Positions 11,330 through 23,880 of a DNA stretch of 64,000 nucleotides are shown here, piece by piece. The stretch's first letter is position 1. Every line of letters starts with the position of its first letter. The stretch comes from Heterodontus francisci (Eukaryota). The position numbers and the translations under genes are program-made. Location: contig NC_090374.1 in the NCBI RefSeq assembly GCF_036365525.1, positions 169,335,708 to 169,399,707 on the forward strand, in the 5' to 3' direction. Below the pieces are notes generated by a model. It saw nothing but the letters and a program-made list of their open reading frames with translations, was not told the DNA's origin and did not search any database.

Positions 11330-11750
11330 AGTCATGGCTCAGTGGGTAACACTCGAGCCTCTGAGTCATATGGTTGTGTGTTCAAGTTCCACTCCAGAAA
11401 CCTGAGCACAAAAATCTCGGCTGACACTCTAGTACCTTGCTGAGGAACTGCTGTCTTTTTGGATGAGATGCTAAACTGAGATCCCGTCTGCCCTCAGGTG
11501 GGTGTAAAAGATCCCATTGCACTATTGTGAACAAGAGCAGGGGAGTCACCCTGATCTCCTGGACCAATATTTATCCCTCAATCAACCTCACTAAAAACAG
11601 ATTATCTCATCACTATCACATTGCTGTGTGCAAATTGGCTGCTGTGTTTCCTACACTACAACAGTGATTACACTTCAAAAGTCCTTTGGCTGTAAAGCAA
11701 TTTAGGACATCCTAAGGTCGTAAAAAGTGCTATATAAATGCAAGTGTCTT
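11330..11750 (+). mobile_element. Near full-length tRNA-derived Deu-domain SINE (SacSINE1/AmnSINE-like)
   Basis: A box TGGCTCAGTGG (11335-11345), B box GTTCAAGTTCC (11380-11390), Deu core GTAAAAGATCCCATTGCACTATT...CCAATATTTATCCCTCA, and L2-like tail GCTATATAAATGCAAGT. Confidence 0.85.
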
Positions 11751-11751
11751 T

Positions 11752-12045
11752 CTGGATAGAGAGAAACTGTATGCTTTGTTGGGACAGTGCAGAGCAAGGG
11801 GGGCATAAACTTAAAATTAGATAGGCCATTCACAAATGGTAGTGGAAATCTGGAATTCTCTCTCCCAAAAAGCTGTTGAGGTTGGAGGACAATTGAAAAT
11901 TTCAAAATTCCGACTGATAGATTTTTGTTGGGTAAGGATTATGGAACTAAGGCAGATAGATGAGTTAAGATACAGATCAGCCATGAACTAATTGAATGAC
12001 AGAACAGGCTTGAGGGTCTGAATGGCCTCCTATTTCTATGTTCCT
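11752..12045 (+). mobile_element. CR1 3' fragment
   Basis: GATAGAGAGAAACTG...GGGCATAAACTTAAAATTAG...GAATGGCCTCCTATTTCTATG. Confidence 0.8.
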
Positions 12046-12057
12046 GTCTGATTTCTA

Positions 12058-12148
12058 CAACAAACAGAAAATGGCTGGAAACACTCAGTATGTGTGGAGA
12101 GAACAGAGAAATAAAAGTTTCTCACTGTGGACCCTTCACCGGAACTGC
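12058..12148 (-). mobile_element. Degenerate Penelope-like terminal fragment
   Basis: AACAGAAAATGGCTGGAAACACTCAG...GTGGAGAGA...CCCTTCACCGGAACT resembles 4031-4130. Confidence 0.55.
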
Positions 12149-12171
12149 TCTGTATTTAAATGCTGACATGT

Positions 12172-12489
12172 TATGGTTGCCAACCCTCCAGGACTGGCCT
12201 GGAGTCTCCAGCAATTGAGGATTAATCGTCAGGACACTAGCGCCAGCAAAACCAATGAGAAAATCATAGGTTTCTTTGAACACTTCAGCTTTATTAGTTA
12301 TAAAAGTATTGGAGATTGGGGATAAAAGGTTGTTTGACTGAGAGTCATTTAGACGACTAAGAGTCTGTTCGCTTTACGATTGGTCATTGGAAAGCTAAGC
12401 GTCGTGTTGGGGAAAGTTTGTGGGTGGGCTGATTGGAGGCCATGAGATGAAGCCTCCAGGAATACGTCCAGCCAGAGTTGGTAACCCTA
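12172..12489. mobile_element. Non-autonomous hAT-like DNA transposon (TAGGGTTGCCA-type termini)
   Basis: TIRs TATGGTTGCCAAC...GTTGGTAACCCTA. The 8-bp flanks TGACATGT / GCACATGT (6/8 match) fit a decayed hAT TSD. Confidence 0.7.
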
Positions 12490-12529
12490 GCACATGTGCA
12501 CGGTTAATGCACCATTTATTATTAACAAA

Positions 12530-12690
12530 GATAAAGACTCACATTTATATAGCACCTTTCACAACCTCAGGATGCCCAAAGCACTTCACAGTATTTTTGG
12601 AGTGTAGTCATTGTCGTATTGTAAGCCAGTTTGCACACAGGAAGCTTCCCCCCAGCAGCAATGTGATACCAGCCAGATAATCTGTTTTCA
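12530..12690 (-). mobile_element. Deu-SINE 3' fragment
   Basis: Reverse complement of the 3' part of 11330-11750. Confidence 0.8.
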
Positions 12691-13289
12691 TGGAGAGCCA
12701 ACAGAATCTCTGTTAAGGTTAAAAAGATTTAAGTTTATGTTTAAGCTGTACTCCCAGTGGTCCAAGGGACTTTTAAATCTAACCTTGTATCAGGCTGCTG
12801 TTACATTGCATTACATTTTGAAGTGTGCAGTGCTTTGTTTTACATTGTACCGGTAGGAGATGTTCTGGAGTGGGCACCGAGGAGAGTTTTATGTCGTGTA
12901 TCTCCAGAGGTGATTTCGAATGTGGATCTAACTAGTGAACACTGCTGGGAATAAACCAGCATTTGTATTGGGGAGTTTTTTTTTTACGTTGCACACTGCA
13001 GAAGTGGAGTGTTTCATATTGTGCTGCATGGTATTCCAGGAATAGGTCATGCTCTATAACCCTGTCTGGACTGGTAACAATCTGTAAATTGAAACTTACT
13101 CTTTGCTGTCTCATTGCTAAAAGGTAGGACAGGCTTCTTTCCAAGAAGTGCCTAGTTCTGTTTGTTTGGGGAGAGCAGTAGCTTCTTGTGCCTTTATCCT
13201 GGAGCTATGATCCACTTTCACTTGATTGGCATTCAGAGACAACAGTTTGTCATTGAGAGAGAGTGAGGGAAATGTCTGTTTTTGACAGA

Positions 13290-13725
13290 AGTCTTGCATT
13301 TATATGGCATCTTTTTATAACCTCAGGACTTCGCCATGTGCTCAACAGACAATGAAGTACTGAACTGTAGTCACTGTTCTAATATTAAAAAACACAACAA
13401 GATCCCACAAACAGCAATGTGATAATGACCAGATAATCGGTTTTGTGATGTTGATTGAGGGATAAACATTGGCCAGGACACCAGGGAGAACACCACCCCA
13501 CCACCCACCCGCTCTACAAAGTAGTGCTACGGAATCTTTTACACCCCTCTGAAAGGTCAGACAGGGTTCAGCTTAATGTTTCATCCAAAAGACAGCACCT
13601 CCAACAGTGCAGCACTCCCTCACTACTGCAGTGTTGGCTTGGATTTTGTATTGTCTCTGGATTGGGAATTGAGTCCATGACAGTCTAACTCTGAGGCAAG
13701 AGCACTACCTGCTGAGCTATGGCTA
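13290..13725 (-). mobile_element. Deu-SINE, near full length
   Basis: Reverse complement of 11330-11750, including the tRNA-like head. Confidence 0.85.
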
Positions 13726-14369
13726 GTAATATGCACAAGGTCTAGACTATGACAAGTTAAGATCGGTACACCAACATTTGGCTGTGTCACAGTGTTTTAT
13801 TGCTTTAAATTTCTGTTGTGTACTGGTGCTCAGCTCAATTTGGCTGGTGACAATTTATAATCAACAGGGGGAGTCTCTGGAGAGAAATGGCAGTTCTTCA
13901 AGGAAGAAAAGAGAACGTCTCTTTATTCATATGGATTTTGCACTGAGTTACATCTTAATAGTGTTATTTGTTGAATTAATTCAAGGAAGCCATTATGGTA
14001 ACATGCTCTCAGTCACTGAAGTCCTGGTGTAAATTTCCATAAAATTTAAATGAGGTGTTTCCTGTAATTAATGAACATTTGCTGCTACTCTCTGCTCTGA
14101 ATTGTAATTAACTGTGATCACGCGTGTTTAGTGATGACAGTGCTCCTATAATGGTTTGACAAGCTGGTGAGATTATGTCAGGTTACAAAACAACCTACAG
14201 CACATGGCTGAGGTGTCAGGCTGGTTAGCTCAGGAAACTGGGATGGTGAGGCACACAAGTGATTTGCATGGATGACTGCACAGAGTGAATGTCTTTATCT
14301 GTGCATTTTGTTGACCGAACTTAATTGTATTTAAAGATATTATAAGCCTTTCCGAATATATATCCACAG

Positions 14370-14850
14370 AGAGTCTTAGAGTCTTACTGCACAGGAGAAG
14401 CCTTCTGCCCATCGTCTCTGTGCTGGCTCTTTGAAAGAGCTATCCAATTAGTCCCATTCACCACCCGGCCCCCCCCCCCACCCCCCGGTCTTTTTCCATA
14501 GCCCTGCAAATGTTACCTTTTCAACTATTTATCCAATTCCCTTTTGAAAGTAGCCATTGAATCTGCTTCCATCGCTGTTTAAGGTAGCGTATGCCAGATC
14601 ACAACTCACTGTGTTTAAAAAAAAAAGTCCTCATCTCTCATCTGAATCTTATGCCAATCATCTTAAATCTCTGTTCTTTGGTTACCATTTCTCCTGCCTG
14701 TGGAAACAGAGTAAATAAGGAGAAACTATCAATACTCTTTTTAATTATTTTGAACACCTCTATCAAATCTTTCCTTAACCTCCTCTACTCCAAGGATAAC
14801 AATCCCAGCTTCTCCAGTCTCTCTCATACCTGAAGTCCCTCATCCTTGTA
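14370..14850 (-). mobile_element. CR1 3' fragment
   Basis: Shared CR1 3' block and TTTTGAACACCTCTATCAAATCT. Confidence 0.85.
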
Positions 14851-14954
14851 TCAGTATCTTATTTATACACTGTTGGACCTTGTGTGTTGATGTACACCGT
14901 GAAGTACAAAATCGGGTGTATGTTCAGTATATATTTTACGTAGAAGTGAAGAGA

Positions 14955-15687
14955 GATCAGGGATTCTATGGACGCAGTAGGGGTCCTGCTGCCAGGCCTA
15001 AAAGCAGAAGATGGCCCCGTTTCAGCAGGCAGCAGCTGCTGCCGGGGCTGCTGTCCCTTTTAAGGACAGTAGCCCACTCCCAAGGACTGCCAGCCAATTA
15101 GAGGGCTGGCAGCTCAGCAGCCTCAGGTGTTGGCAATGCTGAGGCTGATGGATGAGGCTGCATTGATGGCTGTACACCCTCAAATCAGGTAAGTGGGGTC
15201 TAGGGGTGCCAGGACTAGTCAGTCAAGCAGGCAGGCCCCGGTGAGGGGCGGTGGGGGGGGGTGGGGGGGTGCGGGTGTTGGTGTTGGGCAGTCGCTGAGG
15301 GCAGACGGCACCGTTGCTGTGGGGGAGGCCATTGCTGCTGGGGGGACCCCTCTGAGGGCCAAATAGTGCCTGAAAGGAAGGGATTCCCCCACCTCAGAGG
15401 TTGCCAGGGTTTACCAGGCAGTCTCCCCATGTGGCAGAGAACCCCCTTTCCCCCCCACTCCCCAAGTGCTGGTAAAATGCTAGCAGAGGTCGGAAAAGGC
15501 CCATAATTGGCCACTTAAGTGGCTCAATTGGACTCCGGGTGGGCGGGCTGTCTGTGACCATTCCCCACCCCTGGCAAGGTGGCATGGCGGCAGGAAGATG
15601 GGCACACCACCCGTTGCCTTTTGTGTGCCATTTTTGCCAGCCTTTCTGGCTCCAGTCTGTCCCCAAAGGGCTGCTAAAACCCAGCCT
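14955..15687 (-). mobile_element. GC-rich Harbinger-like MITE (inverted relative to 24817-25592)
   Basis: Right end GGGCTGCTAAAACCCAGCC is the near reverse complement of the 24817 terminus. Shares the internal near-palindrome AATTGGCCACTTAAGTGGCTCAATT. Confidence 0.7.
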
Positions 15688-15764
15688 CTGCTGGCCCAAG
15701 CAGATCTGTGATTTGGAAAGTTTTTTTTTGAGATATGCTCAGAGACAGTAAAATAAGTGTTAAA

Positions 15765-16165
15765 ACTAGGTTCAAGTCCCATTTCAGAGACTTGAGCACA
15801 TTATGTAGGTTGACACTCCCAGTGCACTACTGAGGAAGTGCTGCACTGTCAGAAGTGCCATCTTTCAGATGAGATGTTAAACCTAGGCTCTGTCTGCCCT
15901 CTCAAGTGGATGTTAAAGATCCCACAGCCACTATTGGAAGAAGAGCAGGGGAGTTCTCCCCGGTGTCCTGACCAATATTTATCTCTCAACCAGCATCACT
16001 AAAACAGATTATCTTGTCATTATCACATTGTTGTTTGCGGGAGCTTGCTGTGCGCAAATTGGTTAAAATATTCCCTGCATTATAACAGTGACTACAGTTT
16101 GCCTATAAACACTTTGGAATGTTCTGAAGTCGTGAAAGGTTCTATAGAAATGCAAGTATTTCTTT
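15765..16165 (+). mobile_element. Deu-SINE (5'-clipped)
   Basis: B box GGTTCAAGTCCC, Deu core and tail as in 11330-11750. Confidence 0.85.
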
Positions 16166-17079
16166 AATATATTCGCTAAGGAAGAGTGACAGAATTTAAT
16201 CAAAGCCTGAAGTAATTCAATAAGACCTTGAATTTATAGAGCGTCTTTCAGGTCCTCAGGATATCCTTTATCCTGGGGTCTAACCCTGTAGATTCACCAA
16301 AACCTGGGTTTGTGAATCTGCCGCTCGGGTAAGAGGGGCTGGATTTAAAAGTTGCAAAAGCCAGACCCTGACTCATGGACCACAATCCGAATTAAAACAG
16401 CACCGATACTAAAGTAGCTGCACTGTATATAAAAAAAAAAATTAGAAGCACATCATCTGCCTGTTTTGCTCTCTAGAATAGCTCCAGAATGTCGCACGAT
16501 TTCATAGTGAGAGGTGGTCATAATCTCGGTAATTGCTAATCCGCCCTAAATCTGACTTGAAATTACACTTCCAGCAGGTATTACCATTCCCTACTTGTTC
16601 AACTGGTCCCTGCGTGGAAGTCAGTCTATTGGGGATGCTTTATCATGTGGACACGCTACCACTGGGCACTAGAACAAGACTGAGACTGTCAGAGCTCCCA
16701 TTAATTGACACTGGGGGGTGCCGTGAAGTAGTGATGTACCAGTCTATTGTGACCTATTGTTGTGATATACTGTATGCTGATAATTGGAAACCATGATCAT
16801 TGAAAGGCCAAAAAAGGAAAATAAAATCTAAATATTGCCAATGGCTGGATTGTTGATCATTAAGAAATGATCTGCATCACTGTCATTCAGCAGTGAAAGC
16901 TGACACACATACACATATTGAGACAATGAAAGTTTTACAATCGGAGCGTGCAACTACAATGATGAATTTTCCAGATTTGAAAGGCTTGCATGTCAGCACA
17001 CGCTGAATAAAAAGAATTGTTGACCATTCGGTGTGTTGATGTGTCACAACCAGCAGTTTAGCAATTCCTACTGCTATCA

Positions 17080-17215
17080 AGACAGAAAATGCTGGGATTG
17101 CAAGCCAAGAGGTGAGTTTTTGAAAGAGAAATACAAGTTAACGTTATGGTCCCACCCCACCCAAATGTTAACCTTATCTCACTCTCTCAGAAGCTGATGA
17201 ACCTTTTGTACATTG
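17080..17215. mobile_element. Highly decayed Penelope-like inverted fragment
   Basis: ACAGAAAATGCTGG...GTTAACGTT...GTTAACC...CTCTCAGAAGCTG follows the layout of 4031-4262. Confidence 0.45.
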
Positions 17216-17254
17216 GCGTTTTTTTATGATGACTTCCCAACATTTGTGGGTATA

Positions 17255-17520
17255 TAGAATCATAGAATTGCACAACACAGAAGGAAACCATTCGGCCCAT
17301 TGTGCCTGTGTCAGCTCTTTGAGATATCCAATTAATCCCACTCCCCTGCCCTTTCCCCATTGCCCAGCAAATGTTTCCCCTTCAAGTATTTATCCAGTTC
17401 CCTTTTGAAAGTTATTATTGAATCTGCTTCCACCAACCTTTCAGGCAGCGCATTCCAGATCACAATAACTTGCTGTGTGTAAAAAAAAAAAAAAATTTTC
17501 TCCCCCTGGTTCTTTTGCTT
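17255..17520 (-). mobile_element. CR1 3' end
   Basis: Begins TAGAATCATAGAA (CR1 terminal microsatellite, reversed), followed by the shared 3' block. Confidence 0.85.
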
Positions 17521-17789
17521 TTGTCTTCTTATTAGTTACTGATGGTTTTCAAAACATTTGATTCAAGGAGGACAGCAGAGACTGTGTCGGAAGAACAACA
17601 GCAGTGACTTCTGGCCTGCAAGGCAGAAAGAAGGCAGTGGGGGAGGAAGGGTGTAGTCATTGCCCTGGGAGAAAGCAAATAATGTTGGGACCGAGTGCGA
17701 ATGATAGAATGTTTTGCAAAGTGCCACATTCTGCCCAGGTTAGGATTGATCTAACCAGTTTATATCTGGGCCTGATTACAACAGATGGC

Positions 17790-18750
17790 CAAATTAGTGA
17801 AAGATTCTGTTTATAGATTAATCATGAGTGGCGGTCATAGTTATCATTTCCTTAAAATGAATATGACAGACAAATGGTAATCTCCTGACACAAAGCAAAA
17901 TGATTTATCCCGCATCCTTGATGGTAATGATAGTAGGTCCTGTTTCTCACTTTGTGCAATTGCTAGTAACTTTTTTTAAAAAAGTTATTTTTAATTGAGC
18001 CGTGTCCAGTCAGGGACGGTGCAGCTCAGCGGCGGTGACCCTTATCCCACGCAGGCTGAGGCTCTGACTTGCTCTGCGGTACTCCAGGTTACTTAGCTGA
18101 CCAGGGGAGTGAGTGAATTCCATGTGTTTATCCATGATTTCACTTTTGAAATACAGCCTCCATGGACCATTCCGAAAGGAAAATGACTCTTTAAAAATGT
18201 AGTAGTCAATGTGTCCACAATGTGCATGTGTGACACATGTTCCTTTTGTCTTTTCATCTGCTGGAACAGCCAGACAGTTTCCTGCCGTTTTCATTCCAGC
18301 GATTGACAAATGATTGCCAGATGTGAGCTCTTTCCAATGATTCTTCCTCTCTGCGAACCTGTGGAGATGGGTTATTTCATACTCCCTGTCCATTTTATCT
18401 CCTTTCGCATCTGCCACAGTTTAAAGGCAATGGCCTCCGTATGTGGGCTTTCTGATCATCGTGATCATTCTCTCTCTCTCTCACAGGAGGAATGAGGTAA
18501 CACTGACACAGCAACAAAGACCAGCTTCTGCATTTAATAAGTTAATCATTAACATATTTTAATGGCTCGGTTACGAATAATGCAGGTATTGAATACACAA
18601 CCACTAATGTCTCATGTCATTAAAATACAACGACAACATAGAGAGGCCAAGACTAGAAGGAATGACACCTTCAATAAACTTTAACTGCCATCATTTACTC
18701 ATAATTCTAAATTTTAATAGGAACCCCAATTCCATGTGTTTTACTGAGAG
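17790..18750. promoter_or_regulatory. Candidate conserved non-coding element/enhancer
   Basis: TE-free. Contains TGACAG (17864-17869), TGATTTAT (17901-17908) and the exact HNF1 consensus GTTAATCATTAAC (18541-18553). Confidence 0.35.
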
Positions 18751-19064
18751 GGCTGGGCACAGTCGGGATAATTTTCGTGTTGCAGTTTACTGGGTTTTTA
18801 ATTACTGACCATAAATAATGATGAAACGCAAACACTTGCCACTGATCGACCCCTGATTAAAGGAGTTAAAAACGTTCTGCAAAATAATGACAGAAAAAAG
18901 TTGGCAGTAGTTTAGAGGATTGCTGAGACTCCGAGCCCAGGTGCAGTCAGGCTGGGAGCAGGGGGTGCTGTTGTCAAGGGGAATTATCAAGAAACCTTCT
19001 GCACTGTCAGAGGCTGGGAGATGAACATTAATACTGAATTCCTCAGCACTACCACCAATCTGCT

Positions 19065-19325
19065 CCCACACTGCAGACACACACACACTGCAGACACACT
19101 ATACTAATATAGAAATCCTGCTCATACTCAAACATTGTCAAACACACATGTAGACACATACACCAGATATACACAAACACAGGTACATACCACCAAACAT
19201 TGTGCACGCACATACACGTTAGAAAAGTAATAGCCTCTTACACACTAACCATCAAAAGCTCTCACACACAAACAAAATAGATATATTATACTTACAATGT
19301 ATAAACACCCACATTCACATACAAA
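19065..19325. repeat. Degenerate (CA)-rich low-complexity tract
   Basis: Seen directly. Similar TG-rich tracts lie at 5530-5615 and 35660-35800. Confidence 0.7.
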
Positions 19326-20428
19326 GTTTTGCATTCGTGCATACTTTCACTCTGAGATCGGTGTAAATTTTTGAAAAATGTATAATTGATTTACCAACAT
19401 ATATGAAAGCTGGATAAGATTGGAGTCGATCTCTTTAAGTTAATAACTCATTCCATCTTATACTTCTGATCTATTGTGAATGCTATTTAATTAGCCTTTC
19501 AGTATTTTCCTAAATGGCCTGAAATGATGGAAATGCTTGTTGCAGGTTGGCTTTTTTTGTGAATGGTTAAATGGAACGAGTCCTGTGTTTCCTGTCTATC
19601 TGAAACTGTAACTTAGGAAATGAACAAAGTCCAATAAAAGTTTGGAAGAATCTGTGTGAGGCAAACAGCTTTTTTTTTTAATGAATGTATTTTTTGAACA
19701 GAATTCTCCACTCACATGCCCACTGTGTGTTGCTGCTTCCTGCTCCTCTCACACTGGGCTACCCATGGAGACAGTGAGGTGCTAAGCAGAGGGGGTGTCA
19801 CCTGGTCTGTGCACTGAGGGAATGTCCTTGAGAGAACGGCTTGTCACCAGCCATCAATGGAGAGACTGCCGCAGTGGTCTCTGAACATCTGGCAGCTCAG
19901 CACAGGAAGCTGAGAAGAGGGGGGTGTCATTAATTGTGATGAAATAATTTAAACCATCAGGAATAAATGAGGCTGTTAAGCTAAGTTCAGATTCCATTTG
20001 CTGTGCACACATGTTTCAGACTGCCTTGTGTTGAGCTTAAATTACAGTCCGACCTGTCAGAATGTAAGAGTCATGTTCATTGTGCAAAGATTTCTCTCTC
20101 TTCTGCGCTGCTCTCCCTTTTGTAAGATTGTTTATTATTTCCCCTTCTCTCCCCTCTCCATTCCCTAAACATGAGCTGTTTGGAGGCCTCTCTGCATTAT
20201 TCAGAAGCAACCACTAAGACCCACTGCTACATCAGGCTCCATCCCTCTTCAGTTGCCCCCTGTTCAGGACTGGGATCTCGAGTGGCAAGCAGAGAAACAA
20301 TTAGTGTTCCTTTACCTGGTGAATCAGTACGTTATTCACCAGACCAATCATTAGCATTTCACCTCACACAATTTTGTGACAGTGAATGTTTCCATCCAGA
20401 CAGAGAGAGCAGAATGATCAGACTTAGA

Positions 20429-21117
20429 GGGATGGATTTTACCAGCCCCTCTGTGTCATGGGTCATGGCGGGGTGGCCCATAAAATGCTTGCGGGAGCGG
20501 CCCGCCACGACCCACGACACTGAGAAGGCCCCGCCGGATATTAGTGGCAGCGGCAAGGCTTTGGTGTGGCAGCCCCCGCCACCAAGTGGCGGGGCCTTCA
20601 TTAACATATTGAAATAAGGGTAATAAAAATGCTAATTAACTTACCTGCTCCCGGCAGCCGTCCCACACCGATTTTATGGCCACCGGCCGCAACTCGCGCG
20701 CCTTCTGAACTCCCTACAGAGTTCTGAGGTGAGATAATGGTGGTGGTGGGGAGGAGTCAGATTATCAGTGCGGGAGATGCAGGGAAGCGGGAAAAACCTT
20801 TTTCATTGGTTGTGGGGATGGTGGGAAGGGGTTTAGGGTAAAAGGGAATAAAGTTGGCGGGGAAGGTCATTAGTGATAACTAATTTTTTGGGGGGATAGG
20901 CCAAAAAACTATTTATGCATTGTGGGGTGGAAGAGGGGATAGCAGGGGTGGACAAATCTTTATTTAAATTTTTATAGAACCGGCACCTTTAAAAATATAC
21001 GTTTCTCCTGAAGGGCTTGAAGCCTTTTAAAAATGGTGCTGGGTCCGCCAGATGCCTCTGCCAGGGACACGGCGGCTGCCCCCTTTACGTCAGCGGTGTG
21101 CTGATAAAATTCAGCCC
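20429..21117. mobile_element. PIF/Harbinger-like MITE with 3-bp TSD
   Basis: TIRs GGGATGGATTTTACCAGC / GCTGATAAAATTCAGCCC (15/18 match), flanked by AGA at 20426-20428 and 21118-21120. Confidence 0.8.
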
Positions 21118-21314
21118 AGAGGATCAGGAGAGGTTTACTTTGCTATCCACTTGCCCCACACTTGACTTTCTGGTGTTTTCTGTAAATTCACAGCTATCAA
21201 CTGATGTCCTGCGTTCAAACCCTTTGTTGCATCATTACATATATCTGCACATTTTTGTGGAAAGCCTGTAATTGTTATTTGCTATATGTATTGTGTTGGG
21301 CATACACTGCATCA

Positions 21315-21850
21315 CATAGGATTACAAAATATATACAGCACAAAAACAGGCCATTTGGCCCAACTCGTTCATGCTGACATTTTATGTTCTAGTCGAGCTT
21401 CCTCCCACCCTACTTCATCTCACCCCAATAGAATATCCTCCTATTCATTTCTCCCTCATGTGTTTATCCAGCTTCTCCTTAAATGCATCTATGTTATTCA
21501 CCTCAGCCACTCCCTGTGGTAGCCATTTTCTGGGGAAAGAAATTTCTCCTGAATTTTTTACTGGATTTATCAGTGACTATCTTATATTTATGGCCTCTTG
21601 TTCTGATCTTGCCCACAAGTGGAAACCTCTCTAGAAAAGAGAACACTGAGATTAGAAGAGGGTTTGAGAAAGGTAGAAATAGAGATAAGATCCCAGCTTG
21701 TTCAGCCCTCCCTGATAGGTATCATTCCAGTAAACCTTTTTTTGCACCTTCTGCAGTGCCTTTGTATCCTTTTGGTAATATGGAGACCAGAACAGTTCGC
21801 AATACTCCAAGCGTCGTCTGTCTAAGGTTCTACACAAGACCTCAGTGATA
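21315..21850 (-). mobile_element. CR1 3' fragment with a short internal inversion (~21632-21680)
   Basis: Minus translation LEYCELFWSPYYQKDTKALQKVQKK plus CR1 3' UTR. Confidence 0.75.
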
Positions 21851-22489
21851 TATTTGATATAAATAAAAAATAAACTCATAACATCCAATGATTTCAAATC
21901 CCCTGTTAAACCAGAGAAAATGGAGATCCACCTTCATTCCACTCCCCGTCGACACAATTTATTAAAGCAATTTAAAACCAGTTTTCAAAATGAGAACTGT
22001 TATCTGAACAGAGCTATTCCTCATGAATATTTTAGATAGTTCATAATGTTTTTCTCCCCTTAATGACTTCCAAGATGTTGGCCCTGATTTTGGCCTTTAG
22101 TGTATGTCTGCTGGACGAGAAGTGTTCTTCCACGAGAGGCCCAAACAGACCAGATGGACAGGCCTGATTTGAATTTAATTGGCGAACTGCCCACACCAGT
22201 CAAGCACTGATTGACACCTGGGGGGATACAGAGCTCAAAATTGGGGTCATTAACTTTTGAAATACTTCCTTGTGAATTTGCTTTTTGTTCTGTGGTAAAA
22301 TTACATTGCGTGGTTCAGAAATAAGTTCAAACACATTCCATTTTTACAATGCTTCTCCCACTGGTGTAAACACAATTGTTTTAAAAAATGGAGTCGCTGG
22401 CCAGTACTGAGTTGACAATTTATGTCAGGCTACTGGTGGCTTCAGCTCACCAAGCAGAATTGTGGCATAATTTAAAAATGACACTGATG

Positions 22490-22895
22490 CAACATAGAAT
22501 TCTGCAGCACAGAAGGTGGCCATTCAGCCCAGCATGCTTGTGCTGGCTGTTTGAAAGGGCTTTTGTCCCATGACCTTTAAACTGCTTTTCAAGTATTTAT
22601 CTATTTCACTTTTGAAAGTCATGATTAAACTTTTTCCACCACCCTTTCAGGCAGCACATTCCAGATCATCACAACTCATTCTGTTAAAAAAGTCCTCCTC
22701 ATCTCCCTCTCTGTTTTTTTATCTGTGTCCTCTGGTCACCAACCCTCCTGCCACTGGAAACCGTTTCTCCCTATTAATCCATCAGAACCCTTTATGATTT
22801 TGAACACCTCTATTAAATCTCCCCTTAACCTTTTCTGCTCTAAGCAGAAGAATCCCAGCTTCTCCTGTGTCTCCACATAACTGATGTCCCTTTCC
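22490..22895 (-). mobile_element. CR1 3' fragment
   Basis: Minus translation EKLGFFCLEQKRLRGDLIEVFKIIKG. Confidence 0.88.
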
Positions 22896-23484
22896 CTTGG
22901 TGTGTAGGATTTCAGTTCCATTTTATCCCAATGTATGATAAAGCTGGAGCTGCCATTTCGCGTGTAAACATTAGTTGCCTTCATCCCAGACCTTGCGTCA
23001 AAACTCTACTACATAAGTAAAAAGCCAAGTCACGCAATTGTTTCATGTGACTGTCCCTGTGAATCTTGCTGTGCAGTGTAGTCTACCTGTGAAACGCCAT
23101 TCACTGTTCCCTGCTCTAATGATTAAAAAAAATTTCCCTCACATTCAACCAAAATATCTCATTGTCCATGTCAGTGCAAAAAAAACTTAATCATGAATAT
23201 TAACAACAATACAGTACTGAGTCCTTTTGTTTTCTTGCTTACAGTGACTAATTTATAACAAAAAGTCCCAATAGTGTGCAGAGAACACAAGGTAATGCAA
23301 CCCAGTCTTTGGAGATAGGTCAGCAGAATAATAGGATGCCTTGACAGAATCCCACCCACCATGCCGCAGGACCCCTCACTGACCCCCTTCCATATTTGGA
23401 TTGGAGTTGGGTAAAATTCCTTCCAATGAGTTTAATTTTATTGTTTCAAAGCATTAGTTTTAGAAGCAAAAGGGTTAAATTGCA

Positions 23485-23880
23485 TAAATTAAGCTTGTAT
23501 TCCCTGGAATACGGAGGATTTAAGGGGTGCTTTGATTGAGGTTTTTAGGATTTTGAAAGGAATTGATGGGGTAGATAGAGAGAAACTTTTTCTGCTGGTG
23601 GACGAGTCTCGGAAAAGGAGACATAACCTTAAAATCAGAGCCAGGCCATTCAAGAGAGAAGCTAGGAAATACTTCTTCACACAAAGGGTGGTAGTGTGGA
23701 TCACTTTCCCATAAAAAGCAATGAATGTTAGCTTAATTAATCTTTTTAGATCTGAGCTTGATAGATTTTTGCTGTCTGAAGGCTAATAAGGTAGATGGAG
23801 CCAAGGCAGGTAGATGGCGTTGAGGTACAGATCAGCAATGATCTCATTGAAGAGGTTCGAGGGGCTGAATGGACCCCTCC
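23485..23880 (+). mobile_element. CR1 3' fragment
   Basis: LIEVFRILKGIDGVDREKLF...HNLKIRARPFKREARKYFFTQRVV. Confidence 0.88.

Noticed and set aside
16288-16321. Hairpin GTAGATTCAC...GTGAATCTGC as a miRNA or terminator
   Set aside because: Too short for a pre-miRNA, no known mature sequence recognised, and it likely belongs to a decayed repeat.
18010-18417. 135-aa minus-strand ORF in unique sequence
   Set aside because: No recognisable homology or splice framework. The region is better explained as regulatory.
18487-18496. Possible 10-nt microexon (CTCTCACAG|GAGGAATGAG|GTAACA)
   Set aside because: Neither 10 nt nor the 7-nt NAGNAG alternative preserves frame, and the acceptor is a CT microsatellite. 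It cannot be supported without RNA data.
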